Assembly (NCBI GenBank): GCA_963805625.1
Contig: CAWDVE010000013.1
Span: forward strand, 96,001 to 160,000
Direction of reading: 5' to 3'
DNA from: an uncultured Candidatus Rokubacteria bacterium
GTDB taxonomy: Bacteria > Methylomirabilota > Methylomirabilia > Rokubacteriales > DASRDR01
DNA: 64,000 nucleotides
The position numbers and the translations under genes were made by a program. Positions 20,132-30,626 of this stretch are shown piece after piece. Each line of letters opens with the position of its first letter. The first letter of the stretch is position 1. Under the pieces are notes generated by a model that was given only the letters and a program-made list of their open reading frames with translations, was not told where the DNA came from and made no database searches.

Positions 20132-20908
20132 ATGTGCTTCGACCACGATTCGAGGCCGCCCATCACCCCGATCGCCGGTGGCGCGACGGATGCGCGTGAC
20201 CTGCTCCTCACCTCCGCGGACGGCACCCGCTTCAGCGCCTACGCGGCGCGGGCGGCGCGGCCCACCGGGGCGGGCATGATCGTGGTGCCGGACGTGCGCG
20301 GGCTCCATCCCTACTACAAAGAGCTCGTCCTGCGCTTCGCAGAGATCGGCGTCGACTCCGTGGGCATCGACTTCTTCGGCCGGACGGCGGGGACGGGCGA
20401 CCGCAGCGACAGCTTCGAGTATCTTCCGCACGTGAACCAGACGACGCCCGCGACCCTCCAGGCGGACATTGCCGCCGCGGCGGCGCACCTGCGGTCGAAG
20501 GACGGTGGCCACGTGCGGGCGCTCTTCTGCGTCGGGTTCTGCTTCGGCGGAGCGCTCGCCTTCCACCAGGCCGCCAGCGGCCTCGGCTACGCGGGGGTGA
20601 TCGGCTTCTACGGATGGCCCCTCGGGTTGCCGCGCTGGCCCGATCGCCCGAAGCCGATCGACGCGGTCTCGCGCTTCCGGGCGCCGGTCCTGGCGATCTA
20701 CGGGGGTGCGGATCCTGGCATCCCGCCCAGCGCCGTCGCGGAATTCGACCAGGCGCTGGCGCGCGCAGGCGTCCACCACGAGTCCGTCACGTACGACGGC
20801 GCGCCGCACAGCTTCTTCGACCGGAAGCAGGCGGAGTTCGCCGACGCCTCCACCGACGCGTGGCGGAAGGTTCAGGCTTTCGTCACCCGGTACACGCCCG
20901 CCGCCTGA
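20132..20908 (+). CDS. Dienelactone hydrolase family protein
   Basis: PDVRGL, GFCFGG, GGAD and GAPHSF motifs. Confidence 0.92.
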   Translation: MCFDHDSRPPITPIAGGATDARDLLLTSADGTRFSAYAARAARPTGAGMIVVPDVRGLHPYYKELVLRFAEIGVDSVGIDFFGRTAGTGDRSDSFEYLPHVNQTTPATLQADIAAAAAHLRSKDGGHVRALFCVGFCFGGALAFHQAASGLGYAGVIGFYGWPLGLPRWPDRPKPIDAVSRFRAPVLAIYGGADPGIPPSAVAEFDQALARAGVHHESVTYDGAPHSFFDRKQAEFADASTDAWRKVQAFVTRYTPAA

Positions 20909-20915
20909 GCGAGCG

Positions 20916-21839
20916 CTAGAGCCGGGGGGCGACCTCGGCGGCGAGGATCTCGAGCTGCTCGACCTCGTCGAAGACGGGGTTCAACATGACCAGCCGCGCG
21001 CCCGCGGCGATGACCTCACGGAGGCCCAGGACGCACTGGTCGACCGAGCCCCACACCGACACCTCGGCGGCCAGCTGGGGTCGGCCGTAGAACCCGCCGA
21101 AGTACTCGGCGAGCCGGCGCCCCGCGCGCTCGCGATCCCGGTCCACCGCAACGTACACGCGCTTGCCGATGTCGATCGAGGCGGGGTCCCGCCCGGCCTC
21201 GCTGAGGAACCCGCGGAGCAGCACGACCTCCTGCGCGAACGTCGCGGTCGGCGCGGACCCGGCCCCCATGAAGCCCGAGGTCCAGTCCACGGACCGGCGA
21301 AGCGCGTCGGGGTGGTGCGCGCCGACCCAGAGCGGCGGATGGGGGCGCTGGAGTGGCTTCGGCTCCAGCGCGGCGTTCTCGAGCTGCCAGAACTCACCGG
21401 CGAACGTCACGCGCGGCTCGGTCCAGAGGGCCCGCATGAGCCGGAGCCCCTCGTTGAAGCGCGCCACGCGACGCGCCGCACTGATGCCGAAGGCGGGGTA
21501 GATCTTCGGGTTGCCGCCAAGCCCGATCCCGACGTCGAGGCGGCCGTCCGAGAGCTGATCGACGGTCGCGAGGCTCTTGGCGAGATGCACCGGGCTCCGG
21601 AGCGGTGTCAGGAGGACGGCCGTCCCGAGACGGATCCGGTCGGTCACCGCGGCGGCCCACGCGAGGAGCTCCACCGGCTCGAGGCTCGGGAGCGCGCCCA
21701 GCACCTGCTCCACGACCCAGGCGCTCTCGAATCCGAGCGTGTCCGCGCGCTCGAGAAAGCGCCGCATCCGGGGCCGATCGATGCCCCCGGTCGTCCAGGC
21801 CTGAGGGATACCTGCCGCCAATCGCACGCGTGACGTCAC
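20916..21839 (-). CDS. LLM class flavin-dependent oxidoreductase
   Basis: TDRIRLGTAV, LAKSLATVDQLSDGRL and PKPLQRPHPPLWVG motifs. Confidence 0.92.
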   Translation of the reverse strand: MTSRVRLAAGIPQAWTTGGIDRPRMRRFLERADTLGFESAWVVEQVLGALPSLEPVELLAWAAAVTDRIRLGTAVLLTPLRSPVHLAKSLATVDQLSDGRLDVGIGLGGNPKIYPAFGISAARRVARFNEGLRLMRALWTEPRVTFAGEFWQLENAALEPKPLQRPHPPLWVGAHHPDALRRSVDWTSGFMGAGSAPTATFAQEVVLLRGFLSEAGRDPASIDIGKRVYVAVDRDRERAGRRLAEYFGGFYGRPQLAAEVSVWGSVDQCVLGLREVIAAGARLVMLNPVFDEVEQLEILAAEVAPRL

Positions 21840-21864
21840 ACGTCACCTCCCAGGAGGTCAGACT

Positions 21865-22470
21865 CTACCGTTGGTCGCCGAGCCGCGAGAGGGCGAGCTC
21901 GAGCGCCAGCGCCGAGCTGATGTCCGTCAGGTAGCGAGGCGCGGCCTGCCCGAGGTCCTGCCGCAGCTGGTCGAGGGGCACCGACACCACCTCGATCTCC
22001 TCGAACTCGTCGGGGTGAGGCGCGGCCACGCATCGAACGCCCCGGGCCAGGAAAAAGGACCCCCGCGCGCCCGACAAGCTCGGGAACACGAGGTACGCAC
22101 CTAGCGATTCGAACGCCTCGCCGTCGTAGCCGGTCTCCTCGCGGAGCTCCCGGCGCGCGGCCGCCGCCGGCGCCTCGCCCGGCTCGATGAAGCCGGCCGG
22201 CAGCGTGTACGCGACATCGCCGGTGCCGTGCTTGTACTCGCGGGACAGGAGAACCTCCCTGCCCGGAGTGACCGCGACGGTCATCGCGAAGTCCCTGAGC
22301 TCCATGAAGTACATGTCAGGCGAGAGGCGACCGTCCGGCAACCGGCAGCGGTCACGCCGGATGGAGAGAAAGCCCGACCGGAACGCCCACTCGGACTGGA
22401 CTGGCTGCCAGCGACCAACACGATCCGGTTTCACCGGGCTACTCCTCTCTCGTTCGGTCCGATCGGACAA
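21865..22470 (-). CDS. NUDIX hydrolase (ADP-ribose pyrophosphatase-like)
   Basis: Canonical Nudix box GFIEPGEAPAAAARRELREETGY. Start is uncertain. Confidence 0.9.
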   Translation of the reverse strand: MSDRTERERSSPVKPDRVGRWQPVQSEWAFRSGFLSIRRDRCRLPDGRLSPDMYFMELRDFAMTVAVTPGREVLLSREYKHGTGDVAYTLPAGFIEPGEAPAAAARRELREETGYDGEAFESLGAYLVFPSLSGARGSFFLARGVRCVAAPHPDEFEEIEVVSVPLDQLRQDLGQAAPRYLTDISSALALELALSRLGDQR

Positions 22471-22520
22471 CCTTGATGGGCGCCTTCACCCCGTCGCGAC
22501 CGGCAGCGGCCACATGCGCC

Positions 22521-22709
22521 TCACGGTACGCCGACGAACTCGGGATCCTCCGTCCCGTCGGGACGCAGCCGGAGGTCGTGGAAGCAGAACTGGCCATAGC
22601 CCGCGCTCCGCGGCTTCCGCAGGAAGCGCGCGGGGATGACGCGGTCGGTGTCCACGGTGGGAAGGTCGAGCGGCGCCGCGACGGCGATGAGGCGAACGAA
22701 GCGCTCCAT
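22521..22709 (-). pseudogene. leuD: 3-isopropylmalate dehydratase small subunit, 5' remnant
   Basis: MERF...VDTDRVIPARFLRK...FHDLR...PEFV, followed by a stop after 62 codons. Confidence 0.85.
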
Positions 22710-22710
22710 G

Positions 22711-23535
22711 TCAGCTGCTCTCGGAGGCGTCACGCCTGACACCTCGTCCGATGAAAGCCTCGGCCTCGAGGAGCAGGCGGCCGCCGGATCGGAACGGCGA
22801 CATGCGCTCCTGGACGTTCTCTCGCACCACGCGGCGCCGGCTCTCCGGCAGCTCCAGGTAGAACTGGCCGATCCGGGAGGCTCCTGCTTCGATCGGCTGC
22901 CAGTAGTCCTCGAACGACTCGAACGCGAGACTGCGCCGCTCCGGGGTGACCGACACATCGTGGAAGCCGGCCCGTACGAGCAGTGCGAGGAGGCGGTCGG
23001 AGTCCGCCAGGATCGAGGGGCGATAGAGCGCGTCGCGCTGCTCTGGAAGCTCTCGGCTCAGCGCATCGGCCAGTAGCCCGTAGAAGGGCACGCGGTTGGG
23101 CCGCGACCACACCTGCAGCGCGATGCGGCCACCGGGACACAGGACTTGCCGGCACTCCTCGAGGCCCCGAAGCGGATCCGGGAAAAACATGAGGCCAAGC
23201 TGACACACGACGGCATCGAAGATCCCTGACCGGCATGCCAGCCGCTGGCCGTCCATGACCGCGACGCGCACTGGGAGGCCGGAGAGCTTACCGGCCGCCA
23301 CCCTCAGCATCGGCAGCGACAGGTCGACGGCGAGGACTCGGCCCGCGGTGCCGACGTACGACGCGAAGCTGACGGCCGCCTCACCGGTGCCGGCGGCAAC
23401 CTCCAACACCGAGTGGCCACCCGCCACCCCGGCGGCAGCGACAAGGCACGGAACGTACAACCGTGACCATCGACCCGTGAACCGGTCATAGGCGGAGGCA
23501 CCGGCGTCGTACGAGCTCGTCGTCACGGACGTCAT
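22711..23535 (-). CDS. Class I SAM-dependent methyltransferase (UbiE-like fold)
   Basis: [32 protein letters not shown] and VLCPGGR motifs. ATG at 23535. Confidence 0.88.
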   Translation of the reverse strand: MTSVTTSSYDAGASAYDRFTGRWSRLYVPCLVAAAGVAGGHSVLEVAAGTGEAAVSFASYVGTAGRVLAVDLSLPMLRVAAGKLSGLPVRVAVMDGQRLACRSGIFDAVVCQLGLMFFPDPLRGLEECRQVLCPGGRIALQVWSRPNRVPFYGLLADALSRELPEQRDALYRPSILADSDRLLALLVRAGFHDVSVTPERRSLAFESFEDYWQPIEAGASRIGQFYLELPESRRRVVRENVQERMSPFRSGGRLLLEAEAFIGRGVRRDASESS

Positions 23536-23918
23536 CGATCCCCCGAAGCGCCGAGTCGCCGCACATCGGTGAGCCGTCCGGTGACCGCGGCCGCGGCCGC
23601 CATCGCGGGGCTCATGAGATGGGGGCGGGCCCGGGCCCTTGTCGGCCCTCGAAATTCCGGTTGGAGGTCGACGCCACCGCTCGCCGGGCCGCGCGGCGTC
23701 GCCGTTCATCGCGACGCACATCGAGCATCCGGGCTCGCGCCATTCGGAGCCGGCATCGCGGAAGATGCGGGCGAGGCCCTCGGCCTCCGCCGCACGCCGA
23801 TGAGCCCCGAGTCCGGGACGACCATCGCGGGCACGACCGCCAGAAGGGCGCGGCCGCCCGGCCCGGTCGCGACGACGTGTCGCGTCCAGATCCTGTCGAG
23901 TATCGTCCGTCCCGGCAT
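23532..23918 (-). pseudogene. leuC: 3-isopropylmalate dehydratase large subunit, internally deleted and frameshifted
   Basis: [13 protein letters not shown] is fused to [50 protein letters not shown]. Confidence 0.88.
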
Positions 23919-24052
23919 GGCGAAGCCATTGTACGGCGGTCCAGCTGGTCGGCTCGAGCCGCGCCGGCGAGACGGCCACGAACGCGCAGGGCGGGGCGGC
24001 CGCCGCCCTTGACGCCTCTCGCGCCCCCTGCGATAGTCCCGGACTGGAATCC

Positions 24053-25138
24053 ATGAAGATCGTCGCCGTCGACAGCGCGGTCCTCGCCGTCCCGACCCCG
24101 AAGCCCATGGGGCTCGAGTTCCGGGAGCACCGGCTCGTGGTGGCGCACGTTCACACGGACGAGGGCGTGTCCGGCCTGGGCTACAGCCTCGCCTTCGGCG
24201 GCGGTGGCGCCGAGTCGATCCAGGTCTACCTCGAGACGCGCCTGGTCCCTCTCCTCGTCGGCGAGGACCCGCGGCTGGTCGAGCGCCTGTGGGAGCGGAT
24301 GTATCGCGCCGACCGGGGGATCCGGCGCCTGGGAGTGGCTGCGTACGCGCTCTCCGCGCTCGACATCGCGCTCTGGGACCTCGCGGGCAAGGCGGCGGGC
24401 CAGCCGCTCTACCGCCTCTGGGGCGGAGTCACGGACCGTGTGGAGGCCTACGGGAGCGGCGGCTGGCCGTCGTACCGCGTGGACGACATGATCGAGGAGG
24501 CGCAGCGCTACGCCGCGGCGGGCCTCCGCTACTACAAGCTCAAGGTCCACCATCCCGACCCGCGGGAGAACCGCCGGCGCGCCGAGGCGGTGCGCCGGGC
24601 GCTCGGCGACGGCGTCCGGCTCATGGTCGACGTCAACCAAAAGCTCGACGTGCTGGGAAACCTGCGCCTGGCCGCGGCGCTCGAGGATCTCGACCTCGTC
24701 TGGTACGAGGAGCCCGTGCTGGCCGACGACATCGTCGCCTGCGCCGAGGTCGCCCACGCGATCCGCATCCCGGTGGCGACCGGCGAGAACCACTACACGC
24801 GCTTCGAGTTCCGCGAGCTGTGCGAGCGGCGGGCCGCCCGGTACCTCATGCCTGACGTTTGCCGGGCCAACGGCTTCAGCGAGACCCTCAAGATCGGTCA
24901 CATCGCGGCAGCACACCAGCTCCTGGTCTCGCCGCACGTCGTCCACGAGCTGTCGGTTCACGTCGCGGGCGCGCTCTCGAACAGCTTCCTCGTCGAGTAC
25001 ATGGACTGGATGCCGCCCGACCTCTTCGAGGCCGTGCCGCGGCCCGATCCGGCCGACGGCCTGATCCGGATCCCCGAGCGGCCGGGGCACGGCATGACGC
25101 TCGCCCCGGGCGCCGAGCGGAAGTACCACCTCCGCTGA
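24053..25138 (+). CDS. Mandelate racemase/muconate lactonizing enzyme family protein
   Basis: [12 protein letters not shown] and VDVN/YEEP/TGEN motifs. Confidence 0.92.
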   Translation: MKIVAVDSAVLAVPTPKPMGLEFREHRLVVAHVHTDEGVSGLGYSLAFGGGGAESIQVYLETRLVPLLVGEDPRLVERLWERMYRADRGIRRLGVAAYALSALDIALWDLAGKAAGQPLYRLWGGVTDRVEAYGSGGWPSYRVDDMIEEAQRYAAAGLRYYKLKVHHPDPRENRRRAEAVRRALGDGVRLMVDVNQKLDVLGNLRLAAALEDLDLVWYEEPVLADDIVACAEVAHAIRIPVATGENHYTRFEFRELCERRAARYLMPDVCRANGFSETLKIGHIAAAHQLLVSPHVVHELSVHVAGALSNSFLVEYMDWMPPDLFEAVPRPDPADGLIRIPERPGHGMTLAPGAERKYHLR

Positions 25139-25146
25139 GCGGAGCC

Positions 25147-25653
25147 GTGGCCGAAGGCGGAGAGAGCCCGCGCCACCGGGCCGTTCGCTGGGACGATCCG
25201 GCCGCGAGCGCGGAGGCGGCCGGGCGCCTCGCGGGGCTGCCCTTCCTCGAAGCGATCCGGGACGGGCGCCTCCCGGCGCCGCCCGTGAGCCGGCTCGTGG
25301 GGTTCACGCTCACCGAGGTCGAGTCGGGGCGCGCGGTCTTCGAGTGCGAGCCGTCCGAATCCCAGTACAATCCGATCGGCACGGTCCACGGCGGCGTCAT
25401 CAGCACGCTGCTCGACTCGGCGCTCTCGTGTGCCGTCCACACGACGCTGCCTGCCGGCACCGGCTACACGACGGCCGAGCTCAAGGTGAACTTCGTGCGC
25501 CCGGTCGTGATCGGAACGGGGTGGCTCCGCGCGGAGGGCCGGGTCATCCACGTCGGCAACCGGCTCGCGACCGCCGAGGCCCGGCTGACGGACGCGGCCG
25601 GCAAGCTCTACGCTCACGCCGTCGGCACCTGCCTCGTCATCACCGCCCGGTGA
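25147..25653 (+). CDS. PaaI family thioesterase
   Basis: YNPIGTVHGG..STLLDS and ELKVNFVRP motifs. Confidence 0.9.
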   Translation: MAEGGESPRHRAVRWDDPAASAEAAGRLAGLPFLEAIRDGRLPAPPVSRLVGFTLTEVESGRAVFECEPSESQYNPIGTVHGGVISTLLDSALSCAVHTTLPAGTGYTTAELKVNFVRPVVIGTGWLRAEGRVIHVGNRLATAEARLTDAAGKLYAHAVGTCLVITAR

Positions 25654-26909
25654 AGCTCGGCGCGGGGCGGCTGGGAGCTCTCGCCGCCGGATTCGCCGTC
25701 CTGTTCGTGGGAACGGGCGTCAACTTCGCCTTCGGGATCCTCTTCAAGCCGATCCTGGGAGAGCTGGGGGTCGACCGCTCGACGCTCGCGCTCGCCGCCA
25801 CCGCGAGCCTCCTCGTGAACGCCGCGAGCCAGCCGGCCTTCGGCGCACTGGTCGACCGGTTCGGGCCGCGGCGCGTCATCCTCGCCTCGATGGCCCTCAT
25901 GACCGTCGGGACCGCGCTCGTGAGCCGGGTGAACGGGCCCTGGCAATTCATCGCCCTCTACGGCGTCGTGGCGGCCGTGGGCTACACCGGCTGCGGGATC
26001 CTGCCGGTCTCGATCCACGTGAGCCGCTGGTTCCCCGAGGAGCGTGGCTTCGTCATGGCGGTGGCCGCCTGCGGATTCTCGCTCGGGCACCTCGCGTTCA
26101 CGCAAGTGGCGGCCCGCACGGCGGCGGTGGCCGGCTGGCGCCAGACCTACGTCCTGCTGGCGGGTCTGCTCGCCGCCTCCCTCGTCGCCTTCGCCTTCAC
26201 CCTCCGCGATGCGCCGACCGTTCCGGGCGGGGCGCCTCCGGCGGCCGCCCCATCGCCCCGCGATGCCGCACCCGGGACCCCGGGTGCAGGCGCGTCCCTC
26301 GACCGCCGCGCGGCCCTCGCGAGGCCCGCGTTCTGGGCGATGACCGTGGGACTGATGGGCTGCGGGTTCACCGACTTTCTGATGACCACACACCTCGCGC
26401 CCTACGCGACGGATCTCGGGATGGCGCCAACCGTCGCCGCAAACGCCGTCAGCCTGTGGGCGGCGGCCAACGTCGTCGGCATCCTCGCTGCCGGCACCGT
26501 CGCAGCCCGCATCGGCACCCGCGCTGCTCTCGTCCTCACCTACGCGCTCCGCGCGACCGCCCTCTTCTACCTGCCATTCGTGCGCGAGCCCTGGCAGCTC
26601 TATCTCTTCTCGGGACTCTTCGGAGCGACGTTTTTCACGACGGCGCCGCTGGCCTCGACGCTGGTCGGCCAGCTCTTCGGGCCCGTTCACCACGGCGCGA
26701 TCTTCGGCGCGGCAAACCTCTTCCACCACACCGCGGGAGCCTTCGGCTCCTACGCCGGCGGACTCGTGTTCGACGTCACGGGCAGCTACCGGCCAATCTT
26801 CCTCCTCGCCGCGCTCGTGGTCGTGGGCTCGGCCGGCGTCACGTCCCTGGCCCGCCGCCGAGGATCGACCGCCGAACAATCCCGCGCCCGGTCGGGCGAT
26901 CGAGGGTAA
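25650..26909 (+). CDS. MFS transporter (MCT/OFA-like)
   Basis: Motif A GALVDRFGPRRV, about 12 hydrophobic helices, GTGA overlap with the upstream stop. Confidence 0.9.
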   Translation: MKLGAGRLGALAAGFAVLFVGTGVNFAFGILFKPILGELGVDRSTLALAATASLLVNAASQPAFGALVDRFGPRRVILASMALMTVGTALVSRVNGPWQFIALYGVVAAVGYTGCGILPVSIHVSRWFPEERGFVMAVAACGFSLGHLAFTQVAARTAAVAGWRQTYVLLAGLLAASLVAFAFTLRDAPTVPGGAPPAAAPSPRDAAPGTPGAGASLDRRAALARPAFWAMTVGLMGCGFTDFLMTTHLAPYATDLGMAPTVAANAVSLWAAANVVGILAAGTVAARIGTRAALVLTYALRATALFYLPFVREPWQLYLFSGLFGATFFTTAPLASTLVGQLFGPVHHGAIFGAANLFHHTAGAFGSYAGGLVFDVTGSYRPIFLLAALVVVGSAGVTSLARRRGSTAEQSRARSGDRG

Positions 26910-26910
26910 T

Positions 26911-26924
26911 GTTGAAAAGTCAAC
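26911..26924. promoter_or_regulatory. Palindrome GTTGA-AAAG-TCAAC, candidate operator
   Basis: AT-rich inverted repeat directly upstream of the aldolase RBS. Confidence 0.4.
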
Positions 26925-26961
26925 GGCTGCACCCTCTCATGAGCGCCACAAAGGAGCAACG

Positions 26962-27714
26962 GTGAGGAACAACAGCGCGAAGCGGAAACTGGCCGCCGGA
27001 AAGCCGGTAAGCGTCGTGGCCCCCACGTACAGCGCACCGGGACTCGTCGAGCTGCTCGGGCGACAGGGGTACGACATGATCTTCATCGACTGCGAGCACG
27101 GGCCCGCGAGCTGGGACGCCGTCGAGGACATGGTTCGCGCGGCAGAGCTCTGCGACGCCACGCCGATCGTCCGGGTCCAGAGCCACGACCCGTCCACTAT
27201 CACGCGCGCCCTCGACCGCGGCGCCGGTGGCGTCCAGGTCCCCCACGTCAACACCCGGGCCGAGGCCGAGGCGGTGGTGCGCCACGCGAAATTCTCACCG
27301 ATCGGACACCGGGGCTTCGCCGGCGGCCGCTCGGCCTTCGGCGAGGTCATGCACGACTACACGCGGCGGGCGAACGAGGAGACCATGGTCGTCGTCATGC
27401 TGGAGGAGCTGGAAGCCCTCCACAATCTCGACGACATCCTGAAGACGCAGCACATCGACGTCTTCTTCGTCGCCCCCGGCGACCTCGCCCAGTCAATGGG
27501 TCACCCGGGTCAGATGGACCACCCTGCGGTCCAGGCGGCCATCGACGACGCGGTCAAGCGGATCCGCACCGCCGGCCGGGCGCCGGGTGTGCTCTCCACC
27601 CCCGCCACCGTCCGGCGCTACCTCGACCTCGGCGCGCTCTTCCTGTACGTGGGGCTCGCCTCGGTCCTCGCGCCCGGCACAAAGGATTTCCTCGGCGCCT
27701 TCCCGCGCTCCTGA
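26962..27714 (+). CDS. HpcH/HpaI aldolase family protein
   Basis: FIDCEHG, IVRV, ALDRGA, GHRG, VMLE and VAPGDL motifs. Confidence 0.92.
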   Translation: MRNNSAKRKLAAGKPVSVVAPTYSAPGLVELLGRQGYDMIFIDCEHGPASWDAVEDMVRAAELCDATPIVRVQSHDPSTITRALDRGAGGVQVPHVNTRAEAEAVVRHAKFSPIGHRGFAGGRSAFGEVMHDYTRRANEETMVVVMLEELEALHNLDDILKTQHIDVFFVAPGDLAQSMGHPGQMDHPAVQAAIDDAVKRIRTAGRAPGVLSTPATVRRYLDLGALFLYVGLASVLAPGTKDFLGAFPRS

Positions 27715-27762
27715 CGGGCGCGCAAGCGCCGCAGACAGGCCAAGAAAGGGTCAAGACAAAGA

Positions 27763-28470
27763 ATGATCACAATGAGGTCCCGCTCTGGCATGGTGGCAGT
27801 CGTCGCCCTCGCGGGTGCGTTGGCCGGGGGTGCCGTTGCCCCCGTCGCGCGCGCCCAGTCGGCTCCGGAGCTCAAGACGGACGAGCAGAAGACCCTCTAC
27901 GCCCTCGGGCTCGCGGTGGCCGGCAGCCTCTCGACGTTCGCGCTGTCGCCGGCGGATCTCGAGCTGGTCAAGACGGGGCTGACGGACGGGGTCCTGAACC
28001 GCCAGCGCCAGGTCGACCTCCAAGCCTACGGCACCAAGATCCAGGAGCTCCAGCGCTCGCGGGCATCGGTGGTGGCGGCGGTCGAGCAGAAGGCGGGCCA
28101 GGCGATCCTCGACAAGGCGGCTGCCGAGAAGGGCGCCACGAAAACAGCGTCGGGCCTCGTGATCGTGCCGATCAAGCCCGGCACGGGCGCCTCGCCGAAG
28201 GCGACCGATCGGGTCAAGGTCCACTACCACGGCACCCTCGCCGACGGCACCGTGTTCGACAGCTCCGTGCAGCGCGGTGAGCCCGCGACGTTCCCCCTGA
28301 ACGGGGTCGTCCCCTGCTGGACGGAGGGGCTCCAGCTGATGAAGGTCGGCGGGAAGAGCCGGCTGGTGTGCCCGGCCGCCCTCGCCTACGGCGATCGCGG
28401 CGCGCCGCCCCGGATCAAGCCCGGCGCGACGCTGACCTTCGAGGTCGAGCTCCTCGAGATCGTCAAGTAG
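27763..28470 (+). CDS. FKBP-type peptidyl-prolyl isomerase (FkpA/Mip-like)
   Basis: Signal peptide, YALG, VKVHYHGTL.DGTVFDSS, WTEGL and TLTFEVELL motifs. Confidence 0.95.
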   Translation: MITMRSRSGMVAVVALAGALAGGAVAPVARAQSAPELKTDEQKTLYALGLAVAGSLSTFALSPADLELVKTGLTDGVLNRQRQVDLQAYGTKIQELQRSRASVVAAVEQKAGQAILDKAAAEKGATKTASGLVIVPIKPGTGASPKATDRVKVHYHGTLADGTVFDSSVQRGEPATFPLNGVVPCWTEGLQLMKVGGKSRLVCPAALAYGDRGAPPRIKPGATLTFEVELLEIVK

Positions 28471-29446
28471 CGGGGTCGGCGGGGTTGGGGGGATCGGCGG
28501 GCTCGTCGAGGGGGGCTGCGATCTCCTCGCCGCGCTGGGCGGCGGCCCGCGCGATCACCGAGTTGACCTCCCCGCCGATCAGGAGCGCCATGCCGGAGAG
28601 GTACAGCCACAGGAGGAGCAGGATCACGCCTCCGATCGAGCCGTACATCGCGTTGTAGTTCGCGAACTTGCTGACGTAGACGCGAAGCCCGACGGAGAAC
28701 GCCACCCAGGCGACGCCCGCGAAGGCGGATCCGGGCGTGAGCCAGTACCAGCGCTGGCGGACGGCCGGCGCGAGGTGATAGACGAGATCGATCCCCGTGA
28801 GGACGAACAGGAGACCGAGCGGCCACTGCAGGAGGTCCCAGATGGCCGTGAACATGCCGCCGAACCCCGCCCACGCCGCGGCCGCCCGACCGACGCGCTC
28901 GCCGAAAACGATGGACAGGAGGGCGGCGAGGGCCAGGACCGAGAACACCACCGTCAGCGCCACGGCGACGAGCTGCCGTCGCCACCACGGCCGCGGGCTG
29001 GTCACCCCATACACGACGTTGAGCGTCGTGATGATCGACACCATGCCGCGCGAGGCGCCCCAGAGCGCCGCCGCGACCCCGACCGACAGGAGTCCCCCCC
29101 CGGCACCCCGCTGGAGCTCTCGCAGCGTCCGGCGTAGCAGCGAGGCCGCATCGGGTGGGAGGAGATCCCGCACCGGGGCCAGGAATCGCTCCATCAGGTC
29201 CGGCCCGGGAAGCATCCCGATGAGCGTCGTCAGGAAGAGCAGCGTCGGGACCAGGGCGAACACGAAGTAGTAGGAAAGAGCAGCCGCCCGGTCGACCAGC
29301 TCGTCTTTCCAGATCTCCGCCCAGACGAGCACCGCGAGCTCACGCACTGAGAGCCCGCCGAGCGTCCACGGTGAGACCTGGCGGCGCCCCCGGCGCCACC
29401 CCTGTCCCAGCCGCCAGAGTGGGTGCCGGCGCGCGGACTCGAGCAT
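28463..29446 (-). CDS. YihY/BrkB family membrane protein
   Basis: AAALSYYFVFALVP and NYNAMYGSIGGVILLLLWLY motifs. Confidence 0.92.
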   Translation of the reverse strand: MLESARRHPLWRLGQGWRRGRRQVSPWTLGGLSVRELAVLVWAEIWKDELVDRAAALSYYFVFALVPTLLFLTTLIGMLPGPDLMERFLAPVRDLLPPDAASLLRRTLRELQRGAGGGLLSVGVAAALWGASRGMVSIITTLNVVYGVTSPRPWWRRQLVAVALTVVFSVLALAALLSIVFGERVGRAAAAWAGFGGMFTAIWDLLQWPLGLLFVLTGIDLVYHLAPAVRQRWYWLTPGSAFAGVAWVAFSVGLRVYVSKFANYNAMYGSIGGVILLLLWLYLSGMALLIGGEVNSVIARAAAQRGEEIAAPLDEPADPPNPADPAT

Positions 29447-29626
29447 GCTCACCAGCCGAGCAGCTTCCGGGGCATCCGCTCCAGTGTCGTCGAGCGGGCC
29501 GCGACGTCAAGTCCGAGGGGCGCTTCCTTTCGTGGTGGCAGGAGTCACGTGACCGAGGCAGGATGGAGGGCACTGTCTCGCGCGAAGCGCCGGCAACTCC
29601 CCGCAGGCTGAGAAGGAGAGCGATCG

Positions 29627-30625
29627 ATGCCCAGTGCCCTCACCGTCGGAAGCGTGACCGCGGCACCCGGCCAGCTGGTATCCGGCTGGATCGAGGTGCC
29701 GGACGGCGTCGACCCCGGGACTCGAATCCCGGTGACGGTCGCCAACGGCGCCGCCGCGGGCCCCGTGCTCGCACTGGTGGGCGGCACGCACGGCTCGGAG
29801 TACACATCCATTCTCGCTCTCCAGCGGCTCCGGCCGCAGCTCGAGCCGGCGCGGATGCGGGGTGCTGCCATCCTCGTCCACATGGCGAATCCTCCCGCAT
29901 TCTACGGGCGACGGATCTACTACAGCCCTGACGGGAAGAACCTGAACCGCGTCTACCCCGGCAAGCCCGACGGCACGGTGAGCGAGCGAATGGCGCACGC
30001 CATCACGCGAGAGGTGATCGACCGGTGCACTCACCTCGCCGACATGCATTGCGGTGACGGCAACGAGTCGCTCCGGCCGTACACGTACTGGATCGTGGGC
30101 GGTGACGCCGCCGTCGACGCCCAGTCACGGGACCTCGCCCTCGCCTACGGTCTCGATCACATCCTCGTCGACCACGGACGCCCGCGGGATCGGGCCTCGA
30201 GCCTGTTCACCGCCAACACGGCGATCACCCGGGGCAAGCCCGCGATCACGACCGAGTCGGGCGGCCTCGGCGCGACGGACGAGCCGTCGGTGGCGGCCCA
30301 CGAGGCCGGCGCGCGCTCGCTGCTCGCGCATCTCCATATCCTGGACGGGCCGTCGGCGCGCGTGGCGCACCCCGTCTGGATCGACCGCGCGGAGGTCCTC
30401 CGCGCGCCGGTGACCGGCGTCTGGCATCCGGTCGTCCAAAAGATGCAGTCGGTCTCGACGGGCCGGCTCCTCGGGAGGCTGACGGACGAGTTCGGCACCG
30501 TCCTCCACGAGGCGCGCGCGCCCTTCGCCGGCGAGGTCGTCTACGTCGTGGCGACGCCGCCGGTTACCGCCGGCGAGCCGCTGTGCGAGATCGGCCGCCT
30601 CGCGGAGACATCGGGGGTCGCGTAG
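29627..30625 (+). CDS. Succinylglutamate desuccinylase/aspartoacylase family (M14) protein
   Basis: GTHGSE, NLNRVYPG, DMHCG and TTESGG motifs with a C-terminal barrel-sandwich. Confidence 0.9.
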   Translation: MPSALTVGSVTAAPGQLVSGWIEVPDGVDPGTRIPVTVANGAAAGPVLALVGGTHGSEYTSILALQRLRPQLEPARMRGAAILVHMANPPAFYGRRIYYSPDGKNLNRVYPGKPDGTVSERMAHAITREVIDRCTHLADMHCGDGNESLRPYTYWIVGGDAAVDAQSRDLALAYGLDHILVDHGRPRDRASSLFTANTAITRGKPAITTESGGLGATDEPSVAAHEAGARSLLAHLHILDGPSARVAHPVWIDRAEVLRAPVTGVWHPVVQKMQSVSTGRLLGRLTDEFGTVLHEARAPFAGEVVYVVATPPVTAGEPLCEIGRLAETSGVA

Positions 30626-30626
30626 A

